From: Paragordius varius
Lineage: Eukaryota > Animalia > Nematomorpha
Length of the DNA stretch: 64,000 nt
Assembly (NCBI GenBank): GCA_964247055.1
Contig: OZ176052.1
Span: 5,208,001-5,272,000 of the forward strand
Reading direction: 5' to 3'
This document shows, piece by piece, positions 11,756-24,300 of the stretch (the first letter of the stretch is position 1; the number at the start of each line of letters is the position of its first letter). Both the position numbers and the translations under genes were made by a program. The notes under the pieces are model-generated. The model was given only the letters and a program-made list of their open reading frames with translations. It had not been told where the DNA came from and searched no databases.

Positions 11756-13939
11756 CACTATAAAATACCGATAAAATTTTATAGCTGTTTGTCACATTAG
11801 CATATATAAATACCCAAATTAAATTCATCAATATTAAACAATAAAGGGCCCCAAAACACGCTTTTAGGGCTGCGGTTTATTCTTTTATGAAAAAAACATT
11901 GAAGATGCTTTGAATGGATGTTATGCGGAAACAAATTTTCTGTTAACTCAAAAAATGCATACATTAAATTTAATCTTAAGTCTTATATAAAAGGAAAATT
12001 TGATATTTAACACCTACCAATAGCACGTCTTATGATGGAAATACATTTCTCTAAGTTTAAACATTTTTTTCGGCCAAACGAACATAAATGTATGGATAAT
12101 GTTATAACGAAAGCTGTGTCATATAGTAACCTTATTTAACCTGCCTAAATATATTAAATGAAAATCTTAATATATTAAATAGGGCTTCGCACCAGGCCGA
12201 CAAAATTGTTACCGTAAAGTTGGTTCATGGACGGTTCTTTTGGAATTATAACAATGGTGGTTCCTAGAACGGTTGAACTGGAAGGGGTTGCCTTTAAAAA
12301 ATATTAGAGTACCCAAGTTGGTTCGTGACATTTCATTCATTGAATATTTAAAAACGTATAAAGGTAATATTTTTATTAATTATCATTTTTAATATTCTTT
12401 AAAAAATTAAAAGATATTCAATATGCGAATAATATGTGGTAAATCTGTCTAACTTTGTTTAATAAACTCAAATATATTATAAATACGTTGTTGGTACGAC
12501 GATTATAATGTTTGCCAATTTTAAATCAGGGTGAGTAATCTCCATCTTTTCCAAGTTTTCAAAATATTGACTGATGGTGGAATAAAGTTGTCATATCATA
12601 AATGGTGTCTTAAATTAAATCAAGTCTATTATTTCTTATATGTTGAGGAACAAATATCATAAAACTGTAATATTCTCATTCACAGTAATAACATTTCCCT
12701 TTTTTAAGCGATATGTTATCTTTTTTATAAACTTAGTTTATTTTATATATCGCGCATTCAAATATCCAGCATAAACAACATAATTTTTGAGGTATGCCCC
12801 GATCCCTTTAATACGAGTTATTAATAAGGAAACCTTAAAATAAATGCATTATTAGATTTATCTCCTAATTTGTTTTAAAAAACATATGGTATCATTTATT
12901 TAAACTGTGGAACCAAACCATTCGTTCTAAAATTTTGAAGAACCTTGCTTTTAATTCATGAAACCGGTTTTTTCTTAGATTTTAGGACCGGGTTCCGGTC
13001 TCATGTATTTTGTAGGTTCACAGCTATAAATTATATAATAATTCTATAATCACCCTATGCTACATCGAAACTCCTATTCGTTTAAAATTATAATTTTAAA
13101 AAATATGTAACATAGGATAATTAATATAAAATAAATTTGTCATAAAATTTTAGTTATGTAAATTTTCAGCAAGATTTTGCTAATATGATAACTTTACATG
13201 AATCTGTAAATTTTTTAATTTTTTTTTTCCACATTCAGGACTCTCATTTATATTTCCAACCCTATGGCTGCATCCAGAAAACAAATAATGAGTGTCATTA
13301 AATAAGTATTCTATCCATTGCAAAATGTGCTGAAGCCAAAATCTGATCAAATGGAATAATTATTGTACATAGCCATCATGAGTATATCTAACCAAAAAAT
13401 GGCAAATAAGCGCATGCCAATAAGCAGTGATTTGCGCCCGCTTTACCACGCATTTAACTATGTGTTAACTTATTCAATTATTTTTATAGCGTTTTATAGC
13501 ATGCGAAATTTTTTAAGTTACCGTCATTTACATTTAAGAAAACCATAGTCAAGCAACCACATTCTCTGCTCAAACTATATTAAAATATATTATCCCACTT
13601 AAAAGCCTAAAATGACCATAAGCCTGATAATCCAAATAAACACTTCTTGAATTTTGCGGTGGTTTAACACCCAGGGCCGTATATTAAAATATCTAAAAAA
13701 CTAATAGTCGCGGCCAAATTAAAAAATATGCTTTCTTCAGACTTATAGTGGATGCATTTGTTAAAAAAAATAAAAATGTAAAAAATCCTTATGTCAAACA
13801 TTCCTTTATTTTTTTCATTATTTTAAATCTCCACAACAGGCAAATGAATGTATATTATGGCTAAAAAATATAAGTAAATAACTTTGGAAGGCTTGAAATT
13901 ACATACCAACAAATTTTTGATAAATGATTTGAACCTATC

Positions 13940-14280
13940 CTGTTTGGAACTATCCGATTTCGGAGCAAGTGTGTAAAAATTAAAATTTTAAATAAAGTTA
14001 ACCCAGAAATGTCACTTCTAGGCAGCTTAACACGGCAAAAACTCTCCTTCTTCGGGCACATTATGAGATCCAACTCACTTGAAAAATCACTGATGCTGGG
14101 GAAAGTGAGTGGAGCCCGAAAAAGAGGGAGAAGACGAACTCGTTGGATGGATAACATCCTCAAAGAAACCAACCAATCATTATCCTAACTAAACACAAAA
14201 ACCGGAAATCGCAGTGAATGGAGAAGCTTTATTTTCAATGTTGCAGTTAGTCGGAATCGACCTTAGCAAACAACAACAAT
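13940..14280 (+). mobile_element. 3' fragment of an RTE-clade (BovB-like) LINE, 5'-truncated, with an internal stop
   Basis: Translates VNPEMSLLGSLTRQKLSFFGHIMRSNSLEKSLMLGKVSGARKRGRRRTRWMDNILKETNQSLS*LNTKTGNRSEWRSFI, matching the RTE C-terminal motif LKLQYFGHLMRR.DSLEKTLMLGKIEG.RRRGRQR.RWLD; ends in a CAA-repeat tail (CAAACAACAACAA). Confidence 0.9.
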
Positions 14281-14408
14281 CTAATGCAGGAGAAGAGGGC
14301 TAGTAAAACAACTTAAAACAACTTGTTTACTTTTTAAACTCTGGGATAAAACTACCCCAAAAGGACATCGCCTCACTGTGTCCGACGGGTATAAAAAAAC
14401 AAGTTGTG

Positions 14409-14411
<3 letters not shown>

Positions 14412-14441
<30 letters not shown>
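14412..14441. repeat. (TA)n microsatellite
   Basis: Uninterrupted TA run of ~30 nt. Confidence 0.95.
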
Positions 14442-14442
<1 letters not shown>

Positions 14443-14539
14443 TGTTAAAAAATATATCAGATTATTTGTGTTGGTTACCAGTGATATATGAAAGTCATTT
14501 ACAATTATATGTAAGTGTCCTATACACAGTCTACACAAA

Positions 14540-15200
14540 AAATATCATGAATATATTTCGATAAAAAAATATATCAGAAATTTCATGGTCTTATGGTTTC
14601 GGAACTTAGTGTGTTTTATGAAAGTTATTAACACTTTTGTGGTAAGTGCTCTATATCAAAAAATGGCAAATTTTGACCATATTTTTTGTAATAAATATTT
14701 TTTGTGAAAGTTAAATGCTTCATTCTAAAAAATATCACTAAAATATATCATAAACTAACAATAAAAGACAAAGCAGTATTTTTAAAATTAAATTTTAGAT
14801 GCGAAAGTCCCAGATATTTTTGCTCTTCTAAAATTTACTAGTATTCTTATATATAGCACAAAATGTCACATGCGATTAAATATTAAATATATGCTAAGTT
14901 TTGTTATCAACTAAAAATATTAAAAATTGCATACTTTTTAAAATTAAATTTTTTCATCTATTTAAGTTTATTTCATACATGAAGTTACCAGGAAACGGTT
15001 AAAAAGCGCTTTAAAATATTAGAAAAACACCTATTCTATAAATAGATGATGCTGAACATTTCTACAACCAGAGAATTTTGATTAAATTATTTTTTCATCA
15101 TCAAATTTATGGTAAATAAATGTGTGGTAACTAAATGCTTAACTGGCAATTTAACAAAGAATAAAAAAATTATGCTATAAAATTTGAAACCAGAGTTTAG
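14540..15200. repeat. Arm of long-TIR repeat family B
   Basis: Same GGTAAGTGCTCTATATCAAAAAATGGCAAA and TTTTTGCTCTTCTAAAA motifs as the 7640 and 35700 copies; boundaries approximate. Confidence 0.65.
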
Positions 15201-15262
15201 GTTCGATTATTAACTTTCAAAACCTTCTAAAAACACTAATTTAGGTGGTTTTCATAAAATAA

Positions 15263-15973
15263 CACTGTGCAACAAAATATGGGGTCAATTTTCTGGACTC
15301 GATTTTCTAAATATTTTCTGATTTCTTATAGTATTGTGATCAGATTTGCGTAAAAATTTTTTTTACTTTCCCAGCTCGTTTTCGAGATATGGGACTTTTT
15401 CCATATTTGGACATATCCAAAATTTTCTTGTTTGTAAATATTTTTCGCTATGTAAACGAATAATATGTGGCTTACATAAGTATTTTTACAAGAAATTACC
15501 AATTTATCTTCAAAATAAAAAAAAAAATTACTTAAAATATCCAATACTTTTTGTTTTAGGGGGCAAAAACCCTCAAAAATTGGGTAACTTAACATTTTTT
15601 CACACAAATATTTTTTATCAATTTATTAAATCAAAACAAACTTTATTATATGTTCTTGGATGTTAATAATGTTTGTTTAAATATAAATATCACTTTGTAA
15701 TAGCTTTGTGGACTTTTATTTTTAAAAATAAATTTAATTTTTACAGCTTTTTTGTTGCTTTTTTTATGTAAAAATAATTTAATTTACAGCTGTAAATACT
15801 AATTTCATTTTTTCATCTGAAATTTTTAAATTTTGACCATATATGGTGGCATATATGTTGATTCGTTTGCTTCATTTTTAAATATTTTAAAATAATATAA
15901 AATGGACAATGATTCTTATATAAATTTGTGATTGAATTCTGAATCGGAAAAATCGTCTGCCTTTTAGATAAGA
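15263..15973 (+). repeat. Left inverted arm of the Chapaev3-type element
   Basis: Reverse complement of 18285-18984; roughly ten differences over ~690 bp by eye. Confidence 0.95.
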
Positions 15974-16822
15974 GAAGAAAACACCTTGATACCATCAAAT
16001 ACATTATATATATATATATACTTTAGGGATATGGATGATTCCCTCTTTGTCAAGAGTGCAATCTAAAGAAGCTTATTACCCTTATGAAGTTTTACGATAC
16101 TCGGAAATGAATTCTTTTTTAAAAAAGTTTAATCACCCATAAAATTTCAGTTGTTTAGGGAACAGGTATGCCACAGGGAAATCAAAGGAAAGCACCCTCA
16201 TATACTAAATTATATTTTTAATAATTTTAACCATATATTCTTAAAAATTTTATTTGGGTTATCGTCTCTTCAGTTAAATTATTTTTTGTCGTTAATTCAT
16301 TTAATTTAAACTATTGTCGCTTATCAACAACTCTAATCAACCTTTGTTTTTTGCTGATATATGTTTAAGCATAAATTTAAGTTAATGATATCTTACCCCA
16401 ACCTGTTGGGATCTATATTTAACTGATTTGTTTATTCCACCTAGACAATGTATGACATCGCCCAAGTATTTAAAATTATTTACCAATTCAATTTTGGCGT
16501 CTGCCACATAAAAGTATTTTATTAATAGGTAGTTATATTATCATGACAAAGTACCCAATCGCAACAATTTGTATATCACATCAGCTAATAGATTAGCTTT
16601 CAATATGGACGACTGTGCAGAGAAAATTGAAGAATATGCCTAATAAAATATACCATTAATAAATAATTTCATCATATTATATTGAACTATATGAAAATCC
16701 TAATTATAATCAGTTATTAGAGTGAATATTTGGAATATATTTTGGTCAAAAGATTTTAAGACACGGATAATCTAATCTAGAATAATAAAGTAAATTAGGT
16801 GTAGAAAAAATAAAATAATAAT

Positions 16823-18290
16823 TTATTTATTCATATATATATAATCGCAAATTAAATTTATATTGTTTCGATAGGTTTTTTCGAAGGGTTTCAAAAGCTG
16901 GTGACCCTTTTCTCCTCTTTGGTCACTAATTGAGTCTTTTGGAAAAAAATGTAGATGGGAATCCACCATATGGAGCTTTAGACTCATGCGGCATCCTATA
17001 GGATAAAAATTAATATAAATGTTTAAAAAACAAATGTATTATAACATACATACCCATCCTATTGAAAGAATCGATTAAACGATTGCCTAATTCCAGATGG
17101 TTCTTATTTTTTGTATTTCCCAAAAAATTTTGAGAAAAAGTTCGCAATGCAACCCATGCCGCTTTTTCTTTGGGTTGCATTTTAGATTCAAACATAACAT
17201 CATTGAAAAGATTCGTAACCTAAAATTAAAAGTATAATACCAGCGGCCCTATCAAAACTGCGGCGTTAATTTTGGCAGGCGTCATCCTGAACTTCCTGAA
17301 GTAATGGGCCCAAGCTTCGCCATTTTTATCGAGACTGCACAAAAATGTTTTGGCCAATCCAAGCAGTATGTGCAATGGCGGCAAAACAAATTTGTTAGCT
17401 GATATTAATGGAGAATTAGTCTGATTCTTGGGCCCAACTTGATAAGTTCTGGCGGGCCAATTTTTTTTGTGTAATGGTTATCGGTGTCCCGCGAGTCCCA
17501 TTTACACAAAGGACAAAAGAATTTAGGAAATCCTTTCTGTATTCCGTAAAGCAGTCCCATGACCTATAAAAATATTAGAATTTTAGAAACTTTATAATCC
17601 CCTGTTACATGCCAATAATGGAAGTTGTATCGGAGGAGTTGCAAAATATTTTCAAAATTATCATAGGTTTCCCTATAAACTTGGCTGAATGCTATTAATA
17701 TTGGCCTGTGTTCTCCGGCACGGTCCAATAAAAATGCCTTCAAACTTTCCTAAAGATGTAAAATATTATATACCTGAGAAGCGTCTAGAAATAATACCCA
17801 TTGTGATGAATCATATGGATAATTTATTTCCTGCATTAAGCCAATTATATCATGACACCATGATAAATAACTGTTTTCGGAAAAATATTTTCGGAAATTT
17901 ATTCCTCTATTCCGAAAACTGGTTATATTGATGTCAGTTAAATTCTTTCGATTAAGAGTCCTCACCATAAGTTCGGACAACCTAATATCATAATATATTA
18001 AAAAAATGTTTAGCGTATTCAAAGATAAATACAAAATTTAACTTATATATTTAACGCATTTCAGCTTAAGAAAATTAAAATAAATTATAAAATGCGCAAA
18101 TCTATTATTTTTTCTAAAAATACCGTTTTGAGAGATGCAACTTTTTGATTAGGGATATCACCTCAGTGCCACTTAATTTATTAGTATCCTTTATATCTTG
18201 CTGATAAAACTCCAAATCAGTATCATCCATCATATCAAATAAATCCATATGAATGGTTGGAGATGGTGGTACGGGAAGATCAGTTCTTAT
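16823..18290 (-). pseudogene. Chapaev3-family DDE transposase, 6 exons (18290-18124, 17981-17774, 17749-17591, 17563-17241, 17219-17054, 16995-16823), ~398 aa; one frameshift at the A8 run 17461-17468; N-terminus not found
   Basis: Spliced product: DLPVPPSP..LIKKLHLSKRLSELM..QWVLFLDASQESLKAFLL..WHVTGDYKVMGLLYGIQKGFPKFFCPLCKWDSRD..HYTKK/WP..LPPLHILLGLAKTF..LIGPLVTNLF..FLGN..MGCRMSLKLHMVDSHLHFFP..ISDQRGEKGHQ, colinear with recalled family consensus WRLFIDSSKRSLKAVLL..ICGDLKV..FPCFLCEWDSR..LPPLHIKLGL..GCNMSLKIHFLHSHLDFFP..SDEHGERFHQ. Confidence 0.85.
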
Positions 18291-18984
18291 CTAAAAGGCA
18301 GACGATTTTTCCGATTCAGAATTCAATCACAAATTTATATAAGAATCATTGTCCATTTTATATTATTTTAAAATATTTAAAAATGAAGCAAACGAATCAA
18401 CATATATGCCACCATATATGGTCAAAATTTAAAAATTTCAGATGAAAAAAAATTAGTATTTACAGCTGACTAAATTAAATTATTTTTTACATAAAAAAAG
18501 CAACAAAAAAGCTGTAAAAATTAAATTTATTTTTAAAAATAAAAGTCCACAAAGCTATTACAAAGTGATATTTATATTTAAACAAACATTATTAACATCC
18601 AAGAACATATAATAAAGTTTGTTTTGATTTAATAAATTGATAAAAAATATTTGTGTGAAAAAATGTTAAGTTACCCAATTTTTGAGGGTTTTTGCCCCCT
18701 AAAACAAAAAGTATTGGATATTTTAAGTAAATTTTTTTTTTATTTTGAAGATAAATTGGTAATTTCTTGTAAAAATACTTATGTAAGCCACATATTATTC
18801 GTTTACATGGCGAAAAATATTTACAAACAAGAAAATTTTGGATATGTCCAAATATGGAAAAAGTCCCATATCTCGAAAACGAGCTGGGAAAGTAAAAAAA
18901 TTTTTTACGCAAATCTGATCACAATACTATAAGGAATCTGAAAATATTTAGAAAATCGAGTCCAGAAAAAGTTGTGTCACAGTG
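18285..18984 (-). repeat. Right inverted arm of the Chapaev3-type element
   Basis: Near-identical inverted copy of 15263-15973; explains the duplicated ORF pairs in the track. Confidence 0.95.
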
Positions 18985-19218
18985 TAATTTTTGTCAATTT
19001 GAAATATAAATTTAGCGATAATATAAAAATATTATTAAATAACCAACAAAAAATAAAATGATTATTAATACCTATGATTTCTGGCGCATAATATTTTTTA
19101 ACCTTAGCATCTTTGTGGTAAATATCTATTCTTATGAAAATTGGACCCTGCTCATATGATTATTCTATCATATTGAATGACGTATTTGTCTACAACTTTG
19201 GACCGATGATTCAGACCT

Positions 19219-21301
19219 ATGGAAAAGAATGAGTTAGAGCCTGTGGAATACGATTCCAGTGATGTTTTTTCAGATTTGACTCCAAAAACTGGAAATTCTA
19301 ATTCGTCAAATACCAATAATCATGAAATAGTAGACATTTTACAGCCCTCTGAAGTCAGGTAAAAATATTTATTTATATATTAGGTGGTTCTATTCAAGTC
19401 CCAAAAAGACATGGATACCATTTCTTGGCTATGATTCATTGCGAATTGAAATATCTTACAGGCAACTTCATTCTGGTATAAAGGGACTTGAATCATTTTC
19501 AGTTGATACCATATCAGTTCGTGGGGATTTATACGAAGTTGACTTACTCAGTAAAACATGTTCTCCGATATATTGGTCAGGTAAATTGTGTAAATTTATG
19601 ATATAAAATACCTTAATATTTAAACAAGGTTTCCATATAAACAATGGGTATCAATCATAAAACTTGCATATAAATTTAGGAGAATCAGTAGATGTACTTA
19701 GGGGCTCCTGGTTTTTTGACGTAGGATGGCAACCTTTAGAAGAAGAGTATGCTAGTCAATTGGAAATCGAACATTTGGCCAAATTTGCTGGTTGGAAAAA
19801 CGTAACTACCCCAAACAACTCACATGATCTGAACCAACGCGTTGAAAATATAGTTAAGGAGGAATTGGCAAAAATGGAAAACAATAAGACCTCAACTAAA
19901 GGCAAAAATTCTCCATTAGGTAAACTGAGAAGCAAAAATATGTCACCAAAACATTCTGTGATTGGAAAAGTTTCGCCCCTTTTAATTTCACAACAACCAG
20001 CTGTTGGTATGATTTTTAATGTAATCATAATATTATCTTAACATTGACATTTACCACTGCATTTTAGTGAACTCTTCAAATTTTTGACGGGTATATGAAT
20101 TTTTTGTGAATTACTCCAATAAATGTATCATTGCTAAATTACTAGTTTAATTATTTTTTAGCGGCTCATTTGAACTTTTTTTGCTAATATTTAGGTACAA
20201 TTACAACATAAATCGAATGCCCATTTTATATTCAAAAGTTAAGGATGTTATTTAAAAAATGAAATGTTTTTTAAACGCTTTATACTCTATATAGATGCCA
20301 AGTCGGACAGTTCTAACCAAAGATCTCAATCCTTAGATCCAAGTAGTCATATGTATTCACCTCTGATCTCAGAAGTTCCCACATCACTCAATAACAATAA
20401 TGGTTTAGAAACAACTAAAGGTGACAAAAAGGAAAGCTTAGCCAATGGACATATTCCATTGCAAAATTTATCTACTGTACCTGAAAATGAAAATGCAGGT
20501 AAAAATTTTTGCGATAAAGCTTTTTAATTATTAAAGTTTTTGAGGTGAAACGGGTGACGCATTTGTTATAATATTTGCACTTAAAATATTGTGTAATTTA
20601 AATATTAATTTATAAACAATTTGTTTGCTAGGTTTTAGTAATTCATTTTCGCATATTTATTCCTTTCTAAACTTCATGATACATAATTTATAATGATATA
20701 TTATACTATAAAAAATTATGTTTTCTTGTTAATTACCTGCTTTACCCTATCTTCGATCATACATTGTTGAAAAATATCAAATTGACATCATCTAACATAT
20801 AATTTGCCAATTATCGAAAAATTTTATAATGATATATATTAGCCAATATAACCACAAATATGAGAAATATATTCTTTCGAAACTTTGTATAAATTAGTCT
20901 AAATTTTAATATTTTATACATTTGTAAAGATGAGACTAGCACTACAGAAACTAAACCAAATTCTTTAATTAATCATGGGCCAATATCACCTTTGAAAGGA
21001 GGGGATGGAAAAACATTAAGTAGCGCAACAAAGAAAAAAGCAACATCGTATTACGCTACACCTTTGCACACTTTAAATTTCAAAGATTTTTACGTTGAAT
21101 GGTACAGCCCTAATGAAGTGTACATGTTTAGTTTAGCCACTTCATCTAAACTGTATCGTTCGGTAATTTTTTTATATATAGCATTTTTTGTAGTTAACTT
21201 AATCAACATTTTTTAATAAATTATTATGGTTCGGGGTTTAATTAATTATGGTTTAGTTAGTTGATATAAAATATATATACTTGTTTTCATTTATTTTTCG
21301 G

Positions 21302-21359
<58 letters not shown>

Positions 21360-24300
21360 CTGTTTTGTTAATACCATTCGTTAGTTAACCTATGCGTTGG
21401 GATTCCAAAAAACGGGTTTACGTTTAAACCGCGGTTACTGTATCCAAGCAAATGAGAATGATAAACCTCCAGATATCACTCATCTAGTCTTTGTTATACA
21501 TGGTATTGGAGCGAAATTAGATGCTAGCAAATGTATCCGAAATTGTGGAGTGTAAGAAATATTTTATGCTAATTTAAATTTTATAATGCATATTTTTTTA
21601 ATAATATAAATAGCGTCTATATACTATTTGGCTCATGCAGATCATTATGTACTTTTTTTTCATTTTTAAATACAACAATTAAGTTTTTGCATTATCATCG
21701 TTTATGAGTATATATTCCCACAAATTATTGGTTTTTGGGTATTTTGACAATTGATATATATGTATATGTAGATTAGGATTATAATTATCTGAAAAATTTT
21801 AAAAAAATATTTTTTGAAAAATGGTCATGTTCAAATTTTTTTACAACATGGATTATTGATGAATATATAATACTTTTATAGAATGCGGGACCAAGCAGCT
21901 AAACTAAAACAAAAATGTTTTAGCGAAAAAACGGCTCAAATCATTGGTAATTTAACTGCGGTCGATAAATTAAAAAACCCTAACATTGAGGAAGAAATTA
22001 AACAAAACATTGAGAAAGATTGTGTTTTGGCCAGGGCCGAGTTCTTACCTATTGAGTGGAGAGCCAATCTTAAATTGGATGATGGTTTCTTTTTATCATA
22101 AATAATTATATTTTGGTTTAAAGAAGAGTTTTTTGATATTATCATTTTTGTTTTTTTTCCTTTGTCCACAGGGGCGGTAGATATGGTGTCACCAAAGAAC
22201 GTGATAGGGTTAAGAAGTATACTAAATACCACAGTCATGGATATTATGTATTACACAAGTCCTATTTTCCGGAATGAAGTAAAAAAATTAAAACAATTAT
22301 ATATATTTTTGGCATGAGAAAATTTACAAATTGTAATGCACAAACTGTTTTTATATTATTATTATTATTATTATTATACTAAAATAATAAAATCGATATT
22401 TTGTTTATTTCATAGATTTTAACTGGTGTCAAAAATGAGTTAAATCGCTTATATAACATGTTTTGCCAACGTCACCCAAATTTTGCCAAAGATCCCAAAA
22501 ACAAAGTTTCAATCATTGCTCATTCCCTTGGTATAAATAAAAAAATGTTTTTTTAAAAAAATAATTTGCTTTCTAAAAATTTAATTTTAGTGTTTTAAAA
22601 ATTGAAACAATTATGTGTGTATTTTTTGTTTGTTTAGGAAGTGTCATAATACACGATATTATGTCGGGATGGAATCCATCATATATTCATCAAAATTACG
22701 TTGATCAAACATTGGTATATATTTTAGAAACATTTTTTTTCTTAACCATAATTTATAAATATTTTTGTCGGTAATATTTATTAATTTAGATAATTAGTGT
22801 CTTTCCAAACTTTATTTAATTATTTTTGAAATCATATGAAAAATTAATGGATTAAATCTAAGTTTTATCTGTCATAAGTTAATATGATAATTAAAAACGC
22901 TATTAGATACTACATTATTGCTAAAAGTTTTATTGGTATTTTAAAAATAACCTATAATTTTTTAAAGTTCTTATCTATTATTTTCTTAACTTATTATGTC
23001 AGGTGTTTTAGTTTATGGAGTATACCTAGCCTAAAACTTTTGTTTCAACTGAGCTTTATTAAATTTTTTATTTTTTTTTCGATTCAAGCTAGATAGATAA
23101 ATAGATGCTGTTGTCTGGGAATTTGGGCCTTCGTTACGGTTTTTTTACCGGTATTAATGTATTGAAGAATTTTTGTACCTATCATTGGCTTTTATTTTTT
23201 CAGCTTGTAGTTGTATTGCTTGACCATTAACTCTGTTTTTTTTGGCTTGAAATTTATTATATTTTTTATCCAATCATCATTTCATCTAATCTTTGCACAT
23301 GACCGTACAGCCGAGTCTATGGATCAGGAGGCATTATGAGATTTGAAGAGCATGTGTTTTTTCGCTTGAATAGACTTGTCATATTTTTGTTTCACATTGT
23401 CCAGCTTATTCTCTTGATATTCTACTTCACTCTAGTTAGCATTTAAAATTTATTTTCAGATCTTTTGTTTGAGACTAAATATATATTTAAAAAACAAATC
23501 ACTGATGTAATAGAAAATATAAGTCATGCTAAAATCTAATATTAATCACATTTAAGAGTTACTTTAGCTCATCTAAATAATTTTTATAAAATACATCCCA
23601 ATTAGCCTGTAATGATAAGTTATTCTATATCTTGCTATTTAAAAATGAATATTAATTAGTACCAAGTTTTCTAGAAAGCTTTAGAAAAGGCAAATTTTTC
23701 TGTCTCTTCTCTCTCTTCTCTCTAAATGATTAAAATTGATTAATTTTTTCACTCACTAAGTCTTCAAGAAGTTGAGTATAAAGTGTTAATTTTGAATTTT
23801 TAAAAAGGGTGTTCATAACTTGTTATTAATATTGTTCTGTTACATAATTTTTGCTTTTAAATTATGCAGAATGATGTAATTGAAGACGCATCAAGTCCAG
23901 AAGACAAAGAAAATTGGTTAAAATTTGCGGAAAATCTTAAAGCTCAGTAAATATTTTTTTATTAATTATAAATATTTATATAAACTAACATTATGATATC
24001 ATTTTATAATTTAATTTTGTTTTTTAATATATAGAGTGGTAGATATTGAAAAAAAGCTCATTTATATCCGCAAAGATCGCTCAAGTCTTAAATTTAAAGT
24101 AACTGACCTTCTAAACAATTTATAGCATATATCTATTCATATTAGAACTCAAATAATCAAAAATTATTATGTTTTAAGATATATTAAGGTTAAAATAAAC
24201 GGATCTATTAAATGCTTTTTGTTTAATTTTTAATTAAAAATTAGTAAAATGTCAACAACCAAAAACCGTTGTTTGGAAATCATTTTATTTTGTTTTTGAA

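Larger units (their letters stand above)
15263..18984 (-). mobile_element. Chapaev3-type (CMC superfamily) DNA transposon, 3722 bp
   Basis: CACTGTG...CACAGTG termini, 3-bp TSD TAA (15260-62, 18985-87; fits TWA), ~700-bp inverted arms, internal spliced transposase with Chapaev3-family motifs. Confidence 0.85.

Noticed and set aside
13250-13480. Minus-strand GRKSLLIG peptide resembling an MFS sugar-transporter loop
   Set aside because: Flanked by stops in all frames and no second transporter motif; at best a decayed fragment.
13861-14172. 103-aa minus-strand ORF
   Set aside because: Antisense shadow of the RTE LINE fragment.
14281-14538. 85-aa ORF with YIYIYI run
   Set aside because: Reads through a (TA)n microsatellite and repeat DNA.
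15326-16004. ORFs 15326-15607, 15346-15666, 15813-16004 and their twins at 18257-18932
   Set aside because: Duplicated only because they lie in the near-identical inverted arms; AT-rich, no recognisable domain and no convincing Chapaev N-terminal Cys motif.
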